DNA from: a virus | DNA length: 48,984 bases | IMG/VR virus record: IMGVR_UViG_3300050015_000397 | Location: 1-48,984 of that record | Direction: 5' to 3' (one strand) | Part shown: one piece after another, positions 43,124 through 48,984 of the stretch | How the letters are laid out: each line of letters starts with the position of its first letter | How positions within the stretch are numbered: position 1 is the stretch's first letter | Notes under the pieces: model-generated | What the model was told of the DNA's origin: nothing | Database searches by the model: none | What the model saw: the letters and a program-made list of their open reading frames with translations, nothing else | Position numbers and translations under genes: made by a program

Positions 43124-43843
43124 ATGGAACTGAAACATAACTATAAAATAGAACTCGCTAAAACTTTAAGCCAACATTATTACTCTGTACATGAAGGAAA
43201 AAAGTTTTTAGGTTACTTCCCCAGCGCCACAACTATTTTACTGGCTTTTCCGACAAGTCCACAACTTACAGCCTGGATTGCCCAGCACGGGATGGAAGAA
43301 GCTACTAATATCCGGGATGAAGCAGGTATTTCCGGAACAAAAATACACTCCGCTTGTGATATGTTGGAAGAAGGGCAGACATTGTTTGAAGCCAATTATA
43401 CAATAAAGGAGTGGGTAAAGATTAAAAGTTTCGTTGACTGGTACCACGAATATAAACCTACGATGGTAGCAGGGGAAATACCAGTTTTTAGCAAGAAAGG
43501 TAAGTATGCCGGTAGAGTAGACAGAATTTATAAGATAAACGGCGATACTATTGTACTAGACTTTAAAAGCTCGTCAGCTCTGCATCCACAATTCCCGCTT
43601 CAGTTTTCGGCCTATGCAAACGCCATAGAGGAAAATAGTGATGAGATAATTGATATGACTGCCGTACTTTTACTTGGAGCTTCTAATAAAAACGGCTATA
43701 GATATGAAACTTACCCTGAATGGAAAGAGCATTATAAAGTCTTTAAAAACGTTAGGGAAACATGGCAGTATAACACTTATGGCAGTAAAAAGACCAAGAA
43801 AGAACCGCCAGTATTAATTTTGCCGGAAAGCTTAAAGCTATGA
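43124..43843 (+). CDS. PD-(D/E)xK (RecB/Cas4-like) nuclease
   Basis: GRVDRIY...IVLDFKSS...QFSAY pattern. Start taken at ATG 43124. Confidence 0.65.
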   Translation: MELKHNYKIELAKTLSQHYYSVHEGKKFLGYFPSATTILLAFPTSPQLTAWIAQHGMEEATNIRDEAGISGTKIHSACDMLEEGQTLFEANYTIKEWVKIKSFVDWYHEYKPTMVAGEIPVFSKKGKYAGRVDRIYKINGDTIVLDFKSSSALHPQFPLQFSAYANAIEENSDEIIDMTAVLLLGASNKNGYRYETYPEWKEHYKVFKNVRETWQYNTYGSKKTKKEPPVLILPESLKL

Positions 43844-43932
43844 TAAATTTTCTATTAGGCTTCTTTTCCGGAATAATCATAACCTGCGTGGTTATTTATT
43901 TAATCTTATTACATAACAAATTTTTCCTATGA
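43840..43932 (+). CDS. 30-aa TM peptide
   Basis: ATGA overlaps at both ends. MINFLLGFFSGIIITCVVIYLILLHNKFFL. Confidence 0.4.
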   Translation: MINFLLGFFSGIIITCVVIYLILLHNKFFL

Positions 43933-44177
43933 CTGAATCCTCCGAAAAAGATTTAACAGAATTACTGCGGGAGATAGTTACCCTCGCCTCGGATAAATAT
44001 AGGGCTGGGAGCGAAGAGCATGGTGGAGATCTGGCTGATGTGCCTGTAGGAGATTTGCTTAATGAGGCTATACAGGAAAATATAGACAGCCTATTTTACC
44101 TCTTAACAGCTAAGCGAAAACTCAATGGATATAAGCAATTTATGGGAAGCCAGAAAGCTTCTACCGGGAATAAGTGA
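43929..44177 (+). CDS. Hypothetical protein (82 aa)
   Basis: ORF coupled to its neighbours. Confidence 0.65.
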   Translation: MTESSEKDLTELLREIVTLASDKYRAGSEEHGGDLADVPVGDLLNEAIQENIDSLFYLLTAKRKLNGYKQFMGSQKASTGNK

Positions 44178-44733
44178 AGGTGAGTTTGCCCCCTGGGAGA
44201 TAGAAAGCCACAATCTTAAATTTATTAAACCTTACGTGGAGGAAAAAATAGATGACAAACTATACACTAAAAAACGTCTCAGAGAAAGACTTAAAGAACT
44301 ACGAGCTGAGTGTTACAAACTCCTTGCCGAAAGCTCCGAAGATCCCTTTGCCGCCCTCTGTAACCAGCCGAGACTCGAGCGTATTAACAGACGAATTAGA
44401 GAGTACGTATACAGATTACAACCGGTTTCTAAACGACCTAGAAGTGAGATTACACAAGATACGATACAGCGGGCAAAAGAATCGCCTATATCGGATCACC
44501 TTGGAACTTGGAAATTTCACCGAAGGGGTAAAACCTCAGTTGGCCTCTGTCCCTTCCACAAAGAACGAACCGGTAGTTTCACAATTTATACTAAGAACAA
44601 CCGCTGGACTTGTTTCGCCGGATGCGGAAGCGGAGATAGTATAGACCTTGTAATGAAACTAAAAAACCTAAGCTTTATACAGGCAGTAAAATTCCTATGT
44701 CCCAATACACCCAGCCATACAAACAAAGTTTAA
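44125..44733 (+). CDS. Protein with C-terminal DnaG-type CHC2 zinc finger (202 aa); no TOPRIM domain seen
   Basis: CPFHKERTGSFTIY...WTCFAGCGSGDSIDLV. Confidence 0.7.
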   Translation: MDISNLWEARKLLPGISEGEFAPWEIESHNLKFIKPYVEEKIDDKLYTKKRLRERLKELRAECYKLLAESSEDPFAALCNQPRLERINRRIREYVYRLQPVSKRPRSEITQDTIQRAKESPISDHLGTWKFHRRGKTSVGLCPFHKERTGSFTIYTKNNRWTCFAGCGSGDSIDLVMKLKNLSFIQAVKFLCPNTPSHTNKV

Positions 44734-44864
44734 AAGAGCATGAAGAAGCACGCCTTGAGAAATTCGCTAAAATGGCTCAGGCGTGGGCAGCAAAAAAGAA
44801 AAAGCCTTTAAGTGATGATGAAATAGTAAGACTTAAAAAGCCTGTAAGAATAATTAGTAACTAG
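44697..44864 (+). CDS. 55-aa hypothetical protein
   Basis: My own translation: MSQYTQPYKQSLKEHEEARLEKFAKMAQAWAAKKKKPLSDDEIVRLKKPVRIISN. Confidence 0.45.
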   Translation: MSQYTQPYKQSLKEHEEARLEKFAKMAQAWAAKKKKPLSDDEIVRLKKPVRIISN

Positions 44865-44896
44865 AGCTCCTCTCTTTAAACGGGGTGAAGGAATAT
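44865..44896 (+). repeat. Intergenic repeat family B, copy 1
   Basis: agctcctctctttaaacggggtgaaggaatat; compare 45256-45293. Confidence 0.8.
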
Positions 44897-45049
44897 ATGA
44901 AGCAAAATATACATTGGGAACAAAGATTGGAAGGAACAGCCGCTTATAGAGCGTTAGCTAAATTAAAATTTGGTAAGATGTATACCAATAATCTTAAAAT
45001 TTTTATTGCTTTGGAAATTAGAAAAGCCATAAAAAACTTAAACCATTAA
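44897..45049 (+). CDS. 50-aa hypothetical protein
   Basis: AAGGAA SD. MKQNIHWEQRLEGTAAYRALAKLKFGKMYTNNLKIFIALEIRKAIKNLNH. Confidence 0.5.
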   Translation: MKQNIHWEQRLEGTAAYRALAKLKFGKMYTNNLKIFIALEIRKAIKNLNH

Positions 45050-45083
45050 CCAGCCCCCAGCCACTTAACGGCTGGAAAATATT
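45050..45083 (+). repeat. Intergenic hairpin repeat family A, copy 1
   Basis: ccagcc-acttaac-ggctgg hairpin. 36 nt identical to 46244-46279, including the ATG. Confidence 0.9.
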
Positions 45084-45212
45084 ATGGAAAATAAGAAAAA
45101 GAAATGTAAACACAAGATTATTCCAAATGACCCTTGTCCAGTTTGTGGACACGATGAAGGCTGGTGCAAAAAATGCGGTGAGCCTTGTGATGAAAATGGA
45201 GAAGAACTTTAA
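45084..45212 (+). CDS. 42-aa zinc-ribbon peptide
   Basis: MENKKKKCKHKIIPNDPCPVCGHDEGWCKKCGEPCDENGEEL. Confidence 0.5.
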   Translation: MENKKKKCKHKIIPNDPCPVCGHDEGWCKKCGEPCDENGEEL

Positions 45213-45237
45213 TCCCCCTCCCCCTAAAGGCGGGGAG
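45213..45237 (+). repeat. Intergenic repeat family C, copy 1
   Basis: tccccctccccctaaaggcggggag (hairpin); compare 46790-46845. Confidence 0.7.
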
Positions 45238-45255
45238 TAACATTAACTAATTAAC

Positions 45256-45293
45256 AGAGCCTCCCCTCTCTTTAAACGGGGTAAAAGGAATAT
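45256..45293 (+). repeat. Intergenic repeat family B, copy 2
   Basis: agagcctcccctctctttaaacggggtaaaaggaatat. Confidence 0.8.
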
Positions 45294-45455
45294 ATGAAAA
45301 AAACAAGAGAATACACAATAAGAGTAAATTGTATTGGTTTTAAAGATATTACAGTAGAGGCTAATGGTTTACAAGAAGCAAGGATGTTAGCTCAAAAGGA
45401 ATTTAATTGTGGAAGTGTAGAGGGTGAAGCAGAATTTGAAGAAATTGAACCTTAA
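45294..45455 (+). CDS. 53-aa hypothetical protein
   Basis: AAGGAA SD. MKKTREYTIRVNCIGFKDITVEANGLQEARMLAQKEFNCGSVEGEAEFEEIEP. Confidence 0.5.
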   Translation: MKKTREYTIRVNCIGFKDITVEANGLQEARMLAQKEFNCGSVEGEAEFEEIEP

Positions 45456-45485
45456 CCAGCCACCAGCCACTTAACGGCTAAAGAA
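45456..45485 (+). repeat. Intergenic hairpin repeat family A, copy 2 (degenerate)
   Basis: ccagccaccagccacttaacggctaaagaa. Confidence 0.8.
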
Positions 45486-46241
45486 ATGAAATATCCTGAC
45501 GACTACATAAACAAAATAATCTGCGGTGATTGTTTAGAGGTGATGAAGCAAATTCCCGATAAAAGCATAGATTTGGTAATAACTAGTCCACCTTATAATT
45601 TTAATTTAAGATTACACGGTGAAGAATATGGACAACGGTGCGAGCCTAAAAAAAATAAATATAATTGGACAGATGATTGTTTGCCAATGGACGAATACTT
45701 TGAATGGCAAAAAGATTGTTTAAAAGAAATGTTAAGAGTTTGTAATCGTGAAATATTTTATAATATTCAAGTTATAACAGGAAATAAATTGGCGGTCTGG
45801 AAAATCATAGGTCATTTTGCTGAATATATAAAAGAACTAATAATTTGGGATAAGATAAACGCAGAACCAGCAATAATGACAGGAGTAATGAATAGTAATT
45901 TTGAGTTGATAATAGTTTTATCCAATAGTAAACCTCGTCAGCGAATGTTTGAAGTTGCTAATTGGGAACGTGGAACTTTTAGCAATATAGTTAAGTTAAA
46001 TAAACAAAACCGCAACGACTCGTCTGATTACCACAAAGCAACCTTTCCAAAAGAGCTTGCTAATTTATTACTTATAAAATTTAGCAATCAGAACGATGTT
46101 GTGCTTGACCCTTTTATGGGAAGCGGAACTACTGCTAGAGCCGCACAAGACTTAAACCGCCGTTTTATCGGCATAGAAATAAGCTCTGACTATGCTCGTA
46201 TAGCTGAAGACCGTTTAAAGCAAGGTGTCCTTAATTTTTAA
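45486..46241 (+). CDS. N4-cytosine/N6-adenine DNA methyltransferase (beta class)
   Basis: ITSPPYNF (motif IV) lies N-terminal to DPFMGSGTTARAA (motif I). Confidence 0.85.
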   Translation: MKYPDDYINKIICGDCLEVMKQIPDKSIDLVITSPPYNFNLRLHGEEYGQRCEPKKNKYNWTDDCLPMDEYFEWQKDCLKEMLRVCNREIFYNIQVITGNKLAVWKIIGHFAEYIKELIIWDKINAEPAIMTGVMNSNFELIIVLSNSKPRQRMFEVANWERGTFSNIVKLNKQNRNDSSDYHKATFPKELANLLLIKFSNQNDVVLDPFMGSGTTARAAQDLNRRFIGIEISSDYARIAEDRLKQGVLNF

Positions 46242-46276
46242 CACAGCCCCCAGCCACTTAACGGCTGGAAAATATT
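46242..46276 (+). repeat. Intergenic hairpin repeat family A, copy 3
   Basis: cacagcccccagccacttaacggctggaaaatatt. Confidence 0.9.
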
Positions 46277-46540
46277 ATGCCAGGTTATAAGTGTAAAATT
46301 TGTTCTGATTTTAAGGTAATTGGTGGCTATCAGCAATCCCGTCTTGATATTGAAAGACATTTTATAAATATTCATCATACGGAAATTTTCCCTGGAGATG
46401 TTGAGTATATTGAAGCAAAACCAAGAAAACTATGGACTTGTCCAGTATGTAAGGAAAAAATGTCTTATCATTCTAAATATTTCCACCAACAAAACGCAAC
46501 AAAAAAAGGTGAACCCTATATGTGTGTTCCTAAAGTTTAA
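46277..46540 (+). CDS. Zinc-ribbon protein (87 aa)
   Basis: CKIC ... CPVC. Confidence 0.65.
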   Translation: MPGYKCKICSDFKVIGGYQQSRLDIERHFINIHHTEIFPGDVEYIEAKPRKLWTCPVCKEKMSYHSKYFHQQNATKKGEPYMCVPKV

Positions 46541-46581
46541 CATCCTCACTTACGAACCAGTAGAATAATTAACCAAGTTTA

Positions 46582-46599
46582 AGCCACTTAACGGCTGGA
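46582..46599 (+). repeat. Intergenic hairpin repeat family A, copy 4 (core only)
   Basis: agccacttaacggctgga. Confidence 0.8.
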
Positions 46600-46606
46600 A
46601 TGATAT

Positions 46607-46789
46607 ATGAAAAGACGACCAAAAGTAAGTATTTATTTAACTCCTGCTGAATTAAGGAAACAACTTAAAAAGTTGGATAGTTTAACTGCAATGATACCGA
46701 GCCAAGAGCGTTTAATGGAAGTACGGATTGAGGGATATATAAATTATCACGATTGGGAAAAAATTAAAAATGGTGTCCTTAAATTTTAA
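46607..46789 (+). CDS. Hypothetical protein (60 aa)
   Basis: ORF following a family A repeat. Confidence 0.6.
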   Translation: MKRRPKVSIYLTPAELRKQLKKLDSLTAMIPSQERLMEVRIEGYINYHDWEKIKNGVLKF

Positions 46790-46845
46790 CCCCATCCCCC
46801 TAAAGGACTTGGATAAGCTTTTAGAGCAGGGGCATGGGGGAGGGA
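46790..46845 (+). repeat. Intergenic repeat family C, copy 2 (long hairpin)
   Basis: ccccatccccctaaagg ... ggggcatggggg. Confidence 0.65.
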
Positions 46846-46865
46846 ATTGGAGGCGGTTAATAACG

Positions 46866-46895
46866 ATGTTAAGGGATAAATATTTAAAAAACTAA
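46866..46895 (+). CDS. Possible 9-codon upstream ORF (MLRDKYLKN)
   Basis: GGAGG at 46849-46853. Its stop is 10 nt before the TTG start of the 417-aa gene. Confidence 0.3.
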   Translation: MLRDKYLKN

Positions 46896-46905
46896 ACTTA
46901 CTTCC

Positions 46906-48159
46906 TTGAAACTTCACGAATTAGAGCAAAATATTAGCAAATATCTAATTCTGGAAGATAGGGGTATAGTAAAATTACTACTTGCGACAGTTATTGCCAA
47001 CAGAATACCATGCTTAGATCCTACATGGCTTTTCGTAGCTACCAGCAGCTCGGGAGCTAAATCAGAATTACTGCTGGCCTTATCTTATGCAACCGGAGTT
47101 ACACCTAAAGACGATTTAACCTCAAAGACATTTATATCCGGGGTTAAGCGAACCGATAAGAGTGCTTCACTTTTAGATAGATTGCCGCCAAATTCTATAC
47201 TTGTAATTAAAGATTTAACCGTACTTTTAAAAAAAGACCCGCGCGAATCAGATTCAATTTTTTCACAGCTTAGAATGATCTATGACGGAACATTCAGTAA
47301 AAGTTTCGGGACCGGCGAGGATATAGAAAAAAAAGATATTCGCCTTGGACTAATTGCCGGCGTGACTTCCGTAATTGAAGACTACCAGGCAGATGACGCG
47401 GCGGTAGGACAGCGCGCGATTAAATACTATATGAAGCAGTCCCCGGATGAAGGGATAGATGATATTACTTTTGATATTTTAGGCGGCCGGGACGATAAAG
47501 GAATGAGGAAGATGTTAGGCGAGAGTTTTAAAGACTACCTGGACGGCAACCAATGGGAAACAACTACCATGCCGATACTGACAGACGAAACCAGGCGGGA
47601 TATAGCAAGGCTTTCCAACATGGCAACCAAAGCCCGGAGTTCCATTAAGAGAAAAACCTATAGCCGGGATAATCCGATAGAGAGAAAGAACCTGCGAGAA
47701 ATGCCTTACCGGTTTGCAAAACAACTCGCAAATTTAGCCCGGGCATTTATGATAATGAATGGTGGAGCATTGTTGCCGTTAGACAATAAAATCCTGTGCC
47801 AGATAGCGCTGGACAGCATACCGAGTAGCCGCAAAGAGGTAATGGAAGCTGCCACGGCTAACAGTCTTGGAATTACCTTAAAAGGACTGGCAGATTTTAT
47901 GCGCATCCCCGAGGAGAGTGCGAAGATCCACCTGGACGATTTAATAGCCCTACAGATTATTGACCGGCATAGTGGATTAAACGATAAGAAGTTTGTTTAC
48001 CGCATGCGTGATGATTACCGGGAGCTAATGAGTAAATTTGAAAATATAGAAATGGTCGATAAGGAATTAGTGGGAGTAGAAGAAACTATCCCCCTCCCCG
48101 AAGCGCCGGAGGAAGGCGTACCGATAGACCAGATTCCAGCGGGGTTGTTTAATAATTAA
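46906..48159 (+). CDS. Putative replication protein: degenerate P-loop ATPase-like N-terminal half and wHTH-like C-terminus (417 aa)
   Basis: TSSSGAKSELL (Walker A-like), ILVIKDLTVLL (Walker B-like). TTG is the only start candidate; no ATG appears for more than 100 codons. Confidence 0.6.
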   Translation: MKLHELEQNISKYLILEDRGIVKLLLATVIANRIPCLDPTWLFVATSSSGAKSELLLALSYATGVTPKDDLTSKTFISGVKRTDKSASLLDRLPPNSILVIKDLTVLLKKDPRESDSIFSQLRMIYDGTFSKSFGTGEDIEKKDIRLGLIAGVTSVIEDYQADDAAVGQRAIKYYMKQSPDEGIDDITFDILGGRDDKGMRKMLGESFKDYLDGNQWETTTMPILTDETRRDIARLSNMATKARSSIKRKTYSRDNPIERKNLREMPYRFAKQLANLARAFMIMNGGALLPLDNKILCQIALDSIPSSRKEVMEAATANSLGITLKGLADFMRIPEESAKIHLDDLIALQIIDRHSGLNDKKFVYRMRDDYRELMSKFENIEMVDKELVGVEETIPLPEAPEEGVPIDQIPAGLFNN

Positions 48160-48173
48160 GCGGAGAAAAAGAT

Positions 48174-48410
48174 ATGACACTTGAAGAATTTTACGCAAGA
48201 TATGCCATTGAGCCTATAAACAATCGGCACATAAGTTTAGGAACTGGCGAGGGAGAACAAAAGCTTGAATGTATTTACGATATTTACAGACAAATAGAAG
48301 ATTTACAAAACCAGATACGGCCGTTAAAAATCCAGCAGGACGAGTTGCTTAACCGAGCTTATCAAGGATTTAAAGCACTGGGAGCCGCAAAAGATAAAAC
48401 TTTTAGCTAA
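48174..48410 (+). CDS. Hypothetical protein (78 aa)
   Basis: GGAGAAA SD upstream. Confidence 0.65.
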   Translation: MTLEEFYARYAIEPINNRHISLGTGEGEQKLECIYDIYRQIEDLQNQIRPLKIQQDELLNRAYQGFKALGAAKDKTFS

Positions 48411-48448
48411 TAGGCTGCCCCAGGACAAGAGTTCAACGCCCTGTAGGT

Positions 48449-48479
48449 GATAATGGTCGGTGGAAAATAATTAATAAGA
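48449..48479 (+). repeat. Direct repeat at the 5' flank of the C5 methylase gene (partner of 594-623)
   Basis: gataatggtcggtggaaaataattaataaga. Confidence 0.9.
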
Positions 48480-48526
48480 TTGGAGGATACGAGGGCGCTG
48501 GGGGCGTTGTTTAATTAATTATATAT

Positions 48527-48984
48527 ATGAAACACCTAGATTTATTTTCCGGTATAGGAGGATTCGCTTACGCTCTTGATTCCGTATACCCGAACGTTGA
48601 ACACGTCTTTTGCGATAACGACCCGTTCTGTCAGCAAGTATTAAAAAAACATTGGCCTAATTCAAAAATATATGGAGACATTAGACAGCTTAATTCCGAC
48701 ACCTACGGCAACGGACTACAAGAGCAGGGGACCGAACAGCAAACAAGTGGGGATAGACAACTTCCTGAAATTACATTCCTCACCGGAGGATTCCCTTGCC
48801 AGCCTTTCTCCCAAGTTGGGAAAAGAGGAGGCACGGAAGATAACCGTTACCTCTGGCCTGAAATGCTTAGAGTTATACAAACTTTCAAACCGACATACAT
48901 CATTGCTGAAAACGTGCGTGGACTCCTTACTATCAACAACGGACTGGTATTCGAACAAGTCTGCCTTGACCTGGAAGCCAGTGG
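48527..48984 (+). CDS. DNA (cytosine-5)-methyltransferase, 5' part; continues across the circular junction at base 128
   Basis: ATG 48527. MKHLDLFSGIGGF (motif I), GGFPCQPFS (motif IV), IIAENV (ENV motif). Joined gene is 939 nt, 312 aa. Confidence 0.9.
   Translation, partial: MKHLDLFSGIGGFAYALDSVYPNVEHVFCDNDPFCQQVLKKHWPNSKIYGDIRQLNSDTYGNGLQEQGTEQQTSGDRQLPEITFLTGGFPCQPFSQVGKRGGTEDNRYLWPEMLRVIQTFKPTYIIAENVRGLLTINNGLVFEQVCLDLEAS
48858..48984. repeat. Terminal overlap, partner of 1-127
   Basis: 127/127 identity with the window start. Confidence 0.95.

Noticed and set aside
48716-48958. 80-aa minus-strand ORF at the window end
   Set aside because: It is antisense to the methylase motif IV / ENV region and has no support.

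Overview
The window is one complete, circularly closed dsDNA tailed-phage genome of about 48.86 kb. Bases 1-127 are identical to 48858-48984, and the overlap lies inside a cytosine-5 methylase ORF. All family assignments below are motif recognition by eye and from memory; no searches were run. No tRNA, rRNA, CRISPR array or reverse transcriptase was seen.

Layout:
- 8622-40889 (+): virion and lysis arm. It holds a leaderless RHH-like gene, a VRR-NUC-like nuclease, large terminase, portal, scaffold and major capsid. These are followed by about 10 structural genes in a T7-like podovirus order, including a 1949-aa HExxH protein and a 726-aa repeat fibre. After those come two HNH endonucleases, an FkbM-methyltransferase/glycosyltransferase fusion, a CHAP+HExxH endolysin and small membrane proteins.
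- 40890-41996: a GC-rich terminator-bounded island with three overlapping Cys-rich ORFs.
- 42003-48984 plus 1-1591 (+): early/replication arm of many tiny zinc-ribbon genes, a PD-(D/E)xK nuclease, a CHC2 zinc-finger protein, an N4/N6 methylase and a C5 methylase.
- 1745-8504 (-): SNF2 helicase, small genes, a 1-kb AT-rich iteron region and a tyrosine integrase, so the phage is probably temperate.

Most unusual items:
1. A proline-poor, cysteine-punctuated Gly-X-Ser fibre built from about 24 G-A-C-G-V-S-G units. A phage-encoded methyltransferase-glycosyltransferase fusion sits nearby, suggesting a virion glycosylation module.
2. The C5 methylase gene has a second stop-free frame that spells a different conserved methylase module. 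The gene is also bracketed by 30-bp direct repeats.
3. The GC-rich island with its hairpin-rich leader.
4. Three families of intergenic hairpin repeats sitting exactly at early-gene boundaries.
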